From: a virus | Strand: one strand, 5' to 3' | Virus record (IMG/VR): IMGVR_UViG_3300045988_079296 | Span: 32,001-96,000 of that record | Length of the DNA stretch: 64,000 nucleotides | Shown: positions 37,712 to 46,110 of the stretch, piece by piece | Layout: each line of letters begins with the position of its first letter | Numbering within the stretch: position 1 is the first letter of the stretch | Notes under the pieces: generated by a model | Told to the model about the DNA's origin: nothing | The model's database searches: none | Seen by the model: the letters and a program-made list of their open reading frames with translations, nothing else | Translations under genes and position numbers: made by a program

Positions 37712-38953
37712 TCATTTCTTCTTTTTCTTAAATTGACCAAAGTAGTCTTTATTCTTAACCTTGTCTGCATTACGTTTCAGTTTGGACGGTGGAATTTTAT
37801 CCTTTCCGCTTCCCTTGCCTCTCTCAATAGGCTCAAATATATCTTCGCTCGCTCCTTCCTTCGCAATCTCCGCTTCGGCATCAAAAGCGGCATTGCGTTT
37901 CTCCAAGTCTGCTTTTTGCTTCCGTATCTTCTTCAAGAACATTTCTTTGGTACGCTCGGCTGACGTCTTTTCCTGCTCTGTAACGTCCTCCGCTTTAATA
38001 TCCTGAACTTCCCTACCAGATTGCCTTTCGATTGCTGTAAAGTCATACGCCATTGATGAAGGATACACCATTTCTGCATTCTCGTCATACTCTCCCGATA
38101 TATCCACGAACTTCGCATAATATGAGTTATGAAGTCCAGCAATAAGTTTTCCCAAATCAAAGTTCATTCTTGCCGCTACACGCCCCAAGATAACTTCCTT
38201 GAGGTTTATAGTACGCAAGATTTCCTTTTGGATATGGTTCTGAATAGTAACCTCAATATTTACATCCAAAGCTCCGTTAATGTTCAAGATGTCTCCTTCG
38301 GCTTCCTTCCGTATTTGTTCCAACGTCCGTAGCATGCAATTGTACGCATCAATGGAGTTGAGCGCAATATATCTCGCTTTCATCTTAGAGTACATCCAAC
38401 CCAGTTCGTCAAGTCTTGGTCTCTTATTGTAAAGTCTGACATCGGTTATCTTATTGCGGTATTCCTCACGCTTCCTTTCTATCTCTACAATATTCTGCTT
38501 CAAGACTTTCTTTACATCATCCTCGTCTATTGCTATTCCATTATCCTCTCCAAGTATTTTTACAACCTCTGGAATAGTGAACATACGCCCAAGGAGTTCC
38601 ATTATATCTTCCTCGAAAGGAGAACGCTTCAAAACTGGCTTCCCATTAGTAGATTTCTTTCCTCCATTACAACCCATCCTACCATACGCCATCGCCTTGG
38701 CTACGCTCCTTTTGGAATTTAGAGTTATCCATTTCTTTTTGAGCTCCAATATATCTTCTTGTTCTTTGGGACTCAAATGGGCTATGAAAGTTTTGAGCCT
38801 ATGAGGTAGCATTGCTATATTGATTTCTTCTCCCGTAGATACAGTTTGTATTGGGTTTGTCAATATAGGATGCTTACAATAGGCTACCCACTTCAAATAC
38901 TCTTTGGGGTTTACAACGTCCTCTGGGATAGGTATTCTTTTTCTTTCTTCCAT
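37712..38953 (-). CDS. hypothetical protein
   Basis: 413 aa uninterrupted ORF. Confidence 0.75.
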   Translation of the reverse strand: MEERKRIPIPEDVVNPKEYLKWVAYCKHPILTNPIQTVSTGEEINIAMLPHRLKTFIAHLSPKEQEDILELKKKWITLNSKRSVAKAMAYGRMGCNGGKKSTNGKPVLKRSPFEEDIMELLGRMFTIPEVVKILGEDNGIAIDEDDVKKVLKQNIVEIERKREEYRNKITDVRLYNKRPRLDELGWMYSKMKARYIALNSIDAYNCMLRTLEQIRKEAEGDILNINGALDVNIEVTIQNHIQKEILRTINLKEVILGRVAARMNFDLGKLIAGLHNSYYAKFVDISGEYDENAEMVYPSSMAYDFTAIERQSGREVQDIKAEDVTEQEKTSAERTKEMFLKKIRKQKADLEKRNAAFDAEAEIAKEGASEDIFEPIERGKGSGKDKIPPSKLKRNADKVKNKDYFGQFKKKKK

Positions 38954-39025
38954 ATTTTATTTACAATTAGTTTTACAATACAAACGTATTATAATTGCTA
39001 TTGTTTGTAGAAGAATAGCGTATCT

Positions 39026-39280
39026 TTACGTTTTGTGATATTCTTTCTTTAATCGTAAACGACGCAAGTGTATTACTATTGCAGGATGCGTTGGTAATAT
39101 AGGTTCATACTCTGATATACGAATAATTTCCCAATCATCTTTCTTATCTATTGCGTTAGCTATTGCGTAGCGTTTGAGTTTAGAGAAAAGAAAGATGCGG
39201 AACTCTTTTGTATTGTCTTTTTTGAGCTCCGCAGTTTCGTCATAACTTAGAATGAGTTTCTTTAGTTTTGCTTCTGTCAT
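39026..39280 (-). CDS. hypothetical protein
   Basis: ORF 84 aa. Confidence 0.6.
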   Translation of the reverse strand: MTEAKLKKLILSYDETAELKKDNTKEFRIFLFSKLKRYAIANAIDKKDDWEIIRISEYEPILPTHPAIVIHLRRLRLKKEYHKT

Positions 39281-39861
39281 TTTCTTTTTAGAATATTTTC
39301 AAACTTCTTTCCGTATTTCTCGTAATAAGCAAGCATTTGTTCCAATCTTTGGGCGGGAACTCTTTTTGATTCTTCTCTCTCGGAATTTCTTTCAAAACAA
39401 AGCCATAAAGGAACATCAAAGAAGCTCTTGTACTCTATTTCTACATAATCCCGATACTTAGAATTATCAATTGCTTTCTTTATCAATTCTGCTCCTGACG
39501 AATATATGTTTGTATCATCTACAATAACGTCCATGTGGTTACTTTGGTCTATTGCACAAACTGTTATCTTTCTCCGTATATCTTGAAGCATTGGCGGTTG
39601 AGGCAATTCCTTCCTTGCCGTCTCAACTATCTCTCTTTTTGTTAAGTCATCCGCAAGAGGTTTTAAAAGTTCCAACGCCAATTCCTTCGCTTCCTCAAAT
39701 TGGTCTGCCGTTAGGGGTTGGCGAACACTACCTGCTTTGAAGGAAGGATAACGGCTGCAAGTCATCGAAGCTCTGTCAGACGTTATGCAAATTGTTATTG
39801 ACCTCCCTTCTTCCTCGCATACAAAGAATTGATTATTTACATGATAATAAGTCTTTTCCAT
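39277..39861 (-). CDS. polynucleotide-kinase-like C-terminal half without recognisable Walker A (start trimmed)
   Basis: MDVIVDDTNIYSSGAELIKKA...VEIEYKSFFDVPLWLCFERNSEREESKRVPAQRLEQMLAYYEKYG. Confidence 0.5.
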   Translation of the reverse strand: MEKTYYHVNNQFFVCEEEGRSITICITSDRASMTCSRYPSFKAGSVRQPLTADQFEEAKELALELLKPLADDLTKREIVETARKELPQPPMLQDIRRKITVCAIDQSNHMDVIVDDTNIYSSGAELIKKAIDNSKYRDYVEIEYKSFFDVPLWLCFERNSEREESKRVPAQRLEQMLAYYEKYGKKFENILKRK

Positions 39862-39863
39862 AC

Positions 39864-40406
39864 CTACATTTTGTTTAATATTCCATATATTACTTTCGTT
39901 TTCAAATAACCTTGTATCTCCCTTTGATAATGATAACCATCTTCCAATGGCGTCAATTCTTTCGTAGGTAGGAGCTGGGTTGCCATAGCAAAGTCTATCT
40001 TTGGAAGTCCGCAACCGTTCAACCAACGCTCTATCTTATCCGATACCTCAGCCCAAACTCCACCTCGCTTCAAGAGGTCGTGAAACTCTTCTATCAGCAT
40101 CCGCTTTGCTTCTTTGGTTTGGAGACTTCCCGACATACATACTTTCTTACCCCAAGGAGTGTCTTTCATTATGATTATCGCTTTCGGTCTTGCACTATTC
40201 GGACTAAAAAGCAATTTCCAATACTTTTCGTCATTGTAGAGCAACTTATCTACGTTCCGATATAAGAACCCTTCAGACGTTCCCGAATATGACTCAGAAA
40301 GCATTGTAATCACTTCGTCAAGATATTTCCTTTTCTCGTACCGATTATTCAAAATGATTGAACTGGTCTCTCTCTCTCTCTCTCTTGACTCTTCAATTCT
40401 CGCCAA
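39864..40406 (-). CDS. hypothetical protein; no ATG before 40304, TTG at 40406, 5' end overlaps the upstream gene through a GA repeat
   Basis: ORF coordinates and sequence; -1 frame relative to the upstream ORF. Confidence 0.6.
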   Translation of the reverse strand: MARIEESRERERETSSIILNNRYEKRKYLDEVITMLSESYSGTSEGFLYRNVDKLLYNDEKYWKLLFSPNSARPKAIIIMKDTPWGKKVCMSGSLQTKEAKRMLIEEFHDLLKRGGVWAEVSDKIERWLNGCGLPKIDFAMATQLLPTKELTPLEDGYHYQREIQGYLKTKVIYGILNKM

Positions 40407-41335
40407 ATATTCATCTTTGGAACTATTATATGATTTGGGTCAATTTCTCCGTTCTTGCCATTATATAGAGGTCGGTGGTTAAACATATTAATGTACTCAA
40501 CGTCCACTATAACTTCTTGTTCGTTACAAAACTCCATTTCCATCTTTGGGTGATTATGAAGTCGGTGAGGTCTTTTAGCTGGTATGAATTCAACTTCCGT
40601 TCCTTCGGTTATCGTAATAGGTTGACCGCTCTTCAATTGTTTATTCCATTCTTCGGCAAATTTATCAATTTCCTCTTTTGTAACGTTTTCGGGATTAATC
40701 TTCAATATGAAATGGCCAGTTGGGTTTGTTATTCCATTATTCTTTCCAATAGCTCCTAATACCCATAACTTTTGTCTTTCAATCCATTCCATCTGCTGCT
40801 TTTTAGTTCGGATATTATCAGGCATAAGGTCATCCAAATCGTCCATTATCATGAAGTTTGGTTTCTCGTTACCTCTTGCATATCTCCCCAATTCGGGCAT
40901 TCCTTTTATTACCGCATCGTCATATCCGTGAGGCTCGCGCATGGAATGAAACGTTGGCTCAAATATCGGCTCGTTCAAATATTCTCTTCGGAACTCGTCA
41001 GGAGATTTCCGCTTCATAGCTTCGGCAAACGAATTAATTGGATTTACGCCTTGATGCATCCATTCCATTTGTCTCTTAATCATATTATCCATAGCCTTAG
41101 CGTGGAATGCTATTTGCTCTCGGATAATACGATTAACCAAACGTTTTGTCCATTTATTTCTCTTCGCTCCGTCTTTGAGCTTTACACGCTGATGATACGT
41201 CATTATCATTTTAGTAACCGAAGCAATCATTTCATTTGGGTATCTCCAATGCGGCTGAGTTTGCTCTATACATTCAATCTTATGGAACTCTTTCTTGAGC
41301 TTCCTTGGTATCTTTCTTCCTTTTAACTTTCCCAT
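40349..41335 (-). CDS. hypothetical protein
   Basis: 328 aa; C-term ...LKSQERERERPVQSF encoded across the GA repeat. Confidence 0.7.
   Translation of the reverse strand: MGKLKGRKIPRKLKKEFHKIECIEQTQPHWRYPNEMIASVTKMIMTYHQRVKLKDGAKRNKWTKRLVNRIIREQIAFHAKAMDNMIKRQMEWMHQGVNPINSFAEAMKRKSPDEFRREYLNEPIFEPTFHSMREPHGYDDAVIKGMPELGRYARGNEKPNFMIMDDLDDLMPDNIRTKKQQMEWIERQKLWVLGAIGKNNGITNPTGHFILKINPENVTKEEIDKFAEEWNKQLKSGQPITITEGTEVEFIPAKRPHRLHNHPKMEMEFCNEQEVIVDVEYINMFNHRPLYNGKNGEIDPNHIIVPKMNIWRELKSQERERERPVQSF
40367..40385 (-). repeat. 19-nt TC/GA dinucleotide repeat inside a gene overlap
   Basis: uninterrupted tctctctctctctctctct. Confidence 0.95.
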
Positions 41336-41730
41336 CCCTTTGGCAGTATTATGTTTTCTTGTATTCCCAAATTCTTCTCCGCTTCACGGAATAGAGGAAT
41401 GATTTCACTTTCCTCAAAACCTGCTATGCCGCATCCTATCTTAGTTACCAAGAAGTCCTTTTCAGGCATCGTCTTAGCATCCAAATAAAGTCGCATAATG
41501 CTCGTACCGATTGCTGAAAGACTCATCTTGTTACCTTCGGTTGTTAGAGTAGGTATTGCCCAACTTCTTCCAGTCAATCCTACATTTACGCCCCATTCAG
41601 CTCCGAACTCCTTATGAGCTTGCGCTGCTGCACCTCCGAAGTGTCTGCCGCCCATATTAGAACCAAATACAAATATTTCGTTGTCTCGCAGTTTAGACAC
41701 TTGCTTCGGTGTATGTTTTCTTCGTTTCAT
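41323..41730 (-). CDS. macro-domain-like phage protein (A1S_2505-type)
   Basis: NEIFVFGSNMGGRHFGGAAAQAHKEFGAEWGVNVGLTGRSWAIPTL; start trimmed to MKRRK. Confidence 0.7.
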   Translation of the reverse strand: MKRRKHTPKQVSKLRDNEIFVFGSNMGGRHFGGAAAQAHKEFGAEWGVNVGLTGRSWAIPTLTTEGNKMSLSAIGTSIMRLYLDAKTMPEKDFLVTKIGCGIAGFEESEIIPLFREAEKNLGIQENIILPKGWES

Positions 41731-41773
41731 ATTTCTATTCTGTTTGATTATGTTTAGTAACCTTGGATAAAAA

Positions 41774-41803
41774 GAAAGAGCTACTTTCACAAGCAACTCT
41801 TTC
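41774..41803 (-). terminator. intrinsic terminator
   Basis: gaaagag (41774-41780) / ctctttc (41797-41803) with minus-strand T-rich tail. Confidence 0.6.
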
Positions 41804-41828
41804 CGAAAATAAATCATTTGGTAAATAA

Positions 41829-42248
41829 TCAACTTTTCTTAAACTCTATTCCTAACATCTTACAAGTTGTTTCGTTGTAATAGTAGTATTCCCATATCTC
41901 TTGATTTCGGCATATGAATCCATTACTTTGTACCCCTCTCAAAATAGTCTTAGTATATTCCAAACCATTATCTGAAAGTCTTGCTAAGTTTCTGCTCTCG
42001 CTTATTGTTACGGGTTGAACGGCTATTAACTTACCATGAGAAATAACGGCTACCAAGTCACCGTTTGATAATTCGCTCGGAATAAAGCGTTCATGGAACG
42101 AACTCTCAGAGCGTACATAGTCGCTACCTTCTTTGTTTACGTCCGTATAATTAACCGCATTAACCCAACTGCCGTCTGCATTCTTCATCTTCGGGTATTT
42201 TATAACCCGATACACGTTGCCTTTGTAATACCAAACCTTATTGTTCAT
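41829..42248 (-). CDS. hypothetical protein
   Basis: ORF 139 aa. Confidence 0.65.
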   Translation of the reverse strand: MNNKVWYYKGNVYRVIKYPKMKNADGSWVNAVNYTDVNKEGSDYVRSESSFHERFIPSELSNGDLVAVISHGKLIAVQPVTISESRNLARLSDNGLEYTKTILRGVQSNGFICRNQEIWEYYYYNETTCKMLGIEFKKS

Positions 42249-42622
42249 GATTTCAAACTTTCTTGATAAATGATTAATTCTTCTTTCTCTTTGGCAGTTA
42301 ATTCCAATTTGAAGTCCTTCGGCAAAAGGTTTTCATATTCCTTCTTTTCGGGTTGTCTTGACCAAGAAGGAGTGTCAACATCCATTTCGTATTGAACCAA
42401 CTCCCAATCGGCTTCTTTTATACCGCAACTTTGTATTTGGATTAATGCCATAGTTTTGGCTATCTCTAATTTGGTCTGACCTCGCCAACCAAACTCTGGA
42501 AAGGAAGTCATGCTCAACTGTCTGCCTCCGATACTCGGAGAAACAAGGTGTTGAAGATACATAACCCTCCCTTGTTTATCAATCGTTCTAAAACAATAGA
42601 ACTTACTTTTTATTGCTTCCAT
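42245..42622 (-). CDS. hypothetical protein (start trimmed)
   Basis: MEAIKSKFYCFRTIDKQGRVMYLQHLVSPSIGG. Confidence 0.6.
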   Translation of the reverse strand: MEAIKSKFYCFRTIDKQGRVMYLQHLVSPSIGGRQLSMTSFPEFGWRGQTKLEIAKTMALIQIQSCGIKEADWELVQYEMDVDTPSWSRQPEKKEYENLLPKDFKLELTAKEKEELIIYQESLKS

Positions 42623-42750
42623 TTTCTTTCCCTTTTTGTTCCTTCTTAACTTTGGGGACTGGAATGAACTTTCTTGGTTGTCTCGAAAGGTCTTCACCCT
42701 TCTCAATGTTTAGCTCGTTGTCTTGAGCTTTCTTCTTAATATCTTCCATA

Positions 42751-44241
42751 CTATCTACTTATTTTAATTTGTTGTTTTATATCCTTATTAAACACATTTC
42801 CCCATACATATACAAGGGAAGTCTTTGCCCTTGTAATAGCTACATACTTGAGATTATTTTCTTGCTCGTATTGCCAAGGTTGGGTTGCATACTTACTCGG
42901 TATCAGTTCAGGGGCAAGAAAGAATATCTTATCATTTTCCAACCCTTTCGCCTTATGTATCGTGCTTAGCAGTATTCCTTTAACCTCGTCAGAGAAAATA
43001 TTGCTAATCAAACTCCGTAGCTCCTTAACAGTATCTACTTCTTCACAAAGGCACTGAATAACTTCAATCTTTTGCATCAATGTCTCCATCTTCGGGTGCA
43101 AGCTCGGCTTCTTTACTCCACGTTGCTTTAGTTTGTTATGTAGATGCTCCTTCTCCAAGTCAAGATTTTTTAACAATCCGTCAACCGTTTTCCCTCCCGT
43201 CTTACTTATCAACGCCAATATTCCTTCTCCGATTTCCTTGCCTCTTATCTTTGACTTAATCTTATTCTTCATCAGCCAAAGATATGCTTGTATCAACGGT
43301 TTCAAATTACGGCACAATATCCAATCTCCATAATCAAGCTCTAACAAACTTCCGTCTCTCACTTCTCCCTCAATAGCGTGCGGAGCATAAGAGATTTCAG
43401 GAACAATCTTTTGAGCTTCCTGAACGATACTCTTGGCGCAACGGTACGATACTGAAAGGGGCAGTTTGATTGCCCGTCCGTTTATCTCCGCAAGTCGCTC
43501 GTAGCTTTCGGCATCCGCTCCAGCAAAACCATAAATTGCTTGTCGCTTATCTCCTACCGTTATCAACCTTCCATTCCTCGTCAAGCAACGCTTTATAAAC
43601 TCATGTTGACAACGGGAAAAGTCTTGGCTTTCATCGCAAAATACATACTCATACTTTCTAAAACGGATAGAGCCGTCAACAACGGGTTGATATATCATAT
43701 CCATAAAGTCAAACTGACTCTTATCCTTCTGCATGAGCGTGAATGCTTCCATTGCCACCTTCGCTTCTATCTCGGATATATTCAGGTCATAATGCTCCGC
43801 TATCCACTCAATTGACTCTTGATTATTCTCCAAAAGGTTACAACGCAATAGGTCAAGAATTTTCGGTATGATAAAGAAGAACCAACCCCGTTGTTTATCT
43901 CCAATATCATCCTTCATTCGCTTCAATACTTGCTCCGTTTTAGCAATGCCCTTATTTGGGTTCATCTTCGCTCGGCTTCCGTATCGGCAGAGGATAGAAC
44001 GCCAACCGCAAGAATGTATCGTCATTATCTCGGCATCCCTTCGGGTATTACGGTCTTTGAGCTCATCTACAATTGAGTTATTAAATGCAAGGAACAGGGA
44101 AGTTGCCTTGTCGGGAACGTATTTCAACAATTCCAATAACACGGTTGTCTTCCCTGAACCTGCAACAGCAGAAATATTTATATCTCGCTTAGTTAGCTTG
44201 AATGTTTTGTAAATAGCTTCTTGATATTTACTCGGTTTCAT
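42751..44241 (-). CDS. UvrD/Rep-type SF1 helicase (paralogue B)
   Basis: AVAGSGKTTVLLELLK, FCDESQDFSRCQHEF, GDKRQAIYGFAGADAESY, YVAITRAK. Confidence 0.92.
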   Translation of the reverse strand: MKPSKYQEAIYKTFKLTKRDINISAVAGSGKTTVLLELLKYVPDKATSLFLAFNNSIVDELKDRNTRRDAEIMTIHSCGWRSILCRYGSRAKMNPNKGIAKTEQVLKRMKDDIGDKQRGWFFFIIPKILDLLRCNLLENNQESIEWIAEHYDLNISEIEAKVAMEAFTLMQKDKSQFDFMDMIYQPVVDGSIRFRKYEYVFCDESQDFSRCQHEFIKRCLTRNGRLITVGDKRQAIYGFAGADAESYERLAEINGRAIKLPLSVSYRCAKSIVQEAQKIVPEISYAPHAIEGEVRDGSLLELDYGDWILCRNLKPLIQAYLWLMKNKIKSKIRGKEIGEGILALISKTGGKTVDGLLKNLDLEKEHLHNKLKQRGVKKPSLHPKMETLMQKIEVIQCLCEEVDTVKELRSLISNIFSDEVKGILLSTIHKAKGLENDKIFFLAPELIPSKYATQPWQYEQENNLKYVAITRAKTSLVYVWGNVFNKDIKQQIKISR

Positions 44242-44601
44242 TTACAATCTTCTTTTCTTCTCATCGCCCATTTGTTGCCATTTAAACCATACGGCATTCT
44301 TGTGGAACTGGCATTGCACTACGGGTGAATCATCAATTACTTTGTTATACGCTGCAATGAATGAACTACGGTTCATGTAGTTCATCGCTTGCTTATTTAA
44401 GAACTCTGTAATATTAATGCCAGTTACCGTATTGAAGTCCACTGATTGGGCACTATTGAAGAATGACTCTGTCCACTCGTACACGCTGAAGAAAGCGCAA
44501 GAGTTATCGGGCAAGATAACTTGAAGGATAGCACAACCCTCCAATACCAATGATTCAATCGCTTTTTGGAATAGCGTAAAATCTACTTGTTGTTGATTCA
44601 T
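44242..44601 (-). CDS. hypothetical protein
   Basis: ORF 119 aa. Confidence 0.65.
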   Translation of the reverse strand: MNQQQVDFTLFQKAIESLVLEGCAILQVILPDNSCAFFSVYEWTESFFNSAQSVDFNTVTGINITEFLNKQAMNYMNRSSFIAAYNKVIDDSPVVQCQFHKNAVWFKWQQMGDEKKRRL

Positions 44602-45221
44602 AATTCTCCTTTCTCTTGTAATTCAATTAACATTTCTTTTATATGCTTTAAACACTTGGAATATTCGGCAGATGTTACTTCGGGATTATCCCTCAAGAAC
44701 TCGGATGTTTTCTGACCGTTCATTCGGCTGCGGCTTATCCTTATTTCAAGCTCCGTAAAATTCATATTTTCCATTAGAATTTCGGCTGTATTCGGCTTCT
44801 CATCTTCTCGTAGGTCGGGATGACAGACGGTGATTGCTTCGGTCAGTTCTACTTTGTCGTTGACCAACGCTCTCTGGTAGTGCTTGAAGAAATAACGGGA
44901 TAACGCCTTGTTGTAATAGAAATAAAAACTATTGGATGGAAGCACTTTGTATTTTTCTACACATTTGTTGAATATCAAGAAGCACTCCGATACCAATTCA
45001 TCCCTTTCAGGCAAATCGTCTTTCAACGGAGTATTCCCCAAAAGATTGAGAAAGTTAGTGACGTTCTTAACAACTATGTCTTTCATCATACGGAATACCA
45101 AATTTGAGAAAGCCAAACGCCTTCTCTCGGTATTACCGAACTTTATCATTACAATAAATTTATTGACCACCTTGGGTCTGTAATGATAATCAGTCTTAAA
45201 TATTTCATGCTCCAATCCCAT
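44598..45221 (-). CDS. sigma-70-like / RNA polymerase sigma factor candidate
   Basis: 207 aa; RDELVSECFLIFNKCVEKYKVLPSNSFYFYYNKALSRYFFKHYQR resembles sigma region 2, C-term TSAEYSKCLKHIKEMLIEL. Confidence 0.5.
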   Translation of the reverse strand: MGLEHEIFKTDYHYRPKVVNKFIVMIKFGNTERRRLAFSNLVFRMMKDIVVKNVTNFLNLLGNTPLKDDLPERDELVSECFLIFNKCVEKYKVLPSNSFYFYYNKALSRYFFKHYQRALVNDKVELTEAITVCHPDLREDEKPNTAEILMENMNFTELEIRISRSRMNGQKTSEFLRDNPEVTSAEYSKCLKHIKEMLIELQEKGEL

Positions 45222-45227
45222 AACGCT

Positions 45228-45566
45228 TTATTGACCTTTTTTGTACTTCTTCATTTGCTCCATTGCTTCGTGTAGTTGATGTTCTTTAAACGGCTTGACC
45301 TTCTTCTCATAATGGTCATGAGAGCGTTTTTTAAGCATTTCCTGCTTTTGTTCTTTGGATGCTGAGCCGTACTTACCAACCTCAATATTTTTCTCGGATA
45401 GCGGAATATTTGCGTTTGGGTTTATTTCCTCACGTATCTCTCCGCACTTCGGACAAGGAGCAACTGTTGCTTGAAGATGTCCGTTGACAACTTTATACGT
45501 TACAGAGCTATATTCATCTTCAACTCCACAACGTTCACAATTTTCGTTTCTACAAATAAATTTCAT
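45228..45566 (-). CDS. zinc-ribbon protein
   Basis: FICRNENCERCG...CPKCGEI. Confidence 0.7.
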   Translation of the reverse strand: MKFICRNENCERCGVEDEYSSVTYKVVNGHLQATVAPCPKCGEIREEINPNANIPLSEKNIEVGKYGSASKEQKQEMLKKRSHDHYEKKVKPFKEHQLHEAMEQMKKYKKGQ

Positions 45567-46075
45567 ATTTTCTCCTTAATTCTTGCATATTCAACAATCA
45601 AAAGAGCATCTGATATGTCTAACCATTCGCCCTTCTTTACAATACCAAATTTAGCCCCAACGCTCGGATAGAGTTGTTGTGCTCGTTCCATTAATTTAGT
45701 TTTCCATTGGTTAGTAGTTTTCTTCCCTTTAGAACCAAGTTGCAAGGCTTTCTGCCATACTTGAGGCGGTGTTTCGATAGTCTTAATCTTTCTGCATAAA
45801 AGAGCCATTTCCAACCATCCAAAACCCTTTCCGAACGTAAACATAGCTTGACCGCCCTGACCTGGCATTCCTTGTACCTTTTCAAGATAGCAAATAGCAT
45901 TCTTTTGATACTTAGAAATAACCAATAAGATACCCATTGGAGTTTCAGGCATCTTACCGACATATATAACTTCGTCTCGGTCTATCGAATAGACTACTAT
46001 ACCACCGTTCTTGCCAGGGTCAATTGCTATTATCTTCTTATCTTTCAGGTATTTAACCCAATCTTTATCCTCCAT
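45563..46075 (-). CDS. RuvC-like (RNase H-fold) Holliday junction resolvase family protein
   Basis: IAIDPGKNGGIVVY...CYLEKVQGMPGQGGQAMFTFGKGFGWLE...DISDALLIVEYA. Confidence 0.82.
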   Translation of the reverse strand: MEDKDWVKYLKDKKIIAIDPGKNGGIVVYSIDRDEVIYVGKMPETPMGILLVISKYQKNAICYLEKVQGMPGQGGQAMFTFGKGFGWLEMALLCRKIKTIETPPQVWQKALQLGSKGKKTTNQWKTKLMERAQQLYPSVGAKFGIVKKGEWLDISDALLIVEYARIKEKI

Positions 46076-46110
46076 CTATGATATAAGTTTACATGTTATA
46101 CATTTAGGTA

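Noticed and set aside
38981-38988. caaacgta as a sixth Bacteroidota promoter
   Set aside because: -7-like box TACGTTTG present but no TTTG at the 19-nt spacing
40349-41335. Calling the 328-aa ORF a second terminase or ATPase from FMIMDDLDDLMPDN
   Set aside because: A single acidic Walker-B-like stretch without Walker A or nuclease motifs is not enough
45691-45963. Minus ORF 45691..45963, also 37933..38160, 48640..48846, 58610..58861 and 61609..61821
   Set aside because: Fully nested out-of-frame within clear genes (RuvC-like, 413-aa protein, SbcD-like, modular acidic protein, DnaB)
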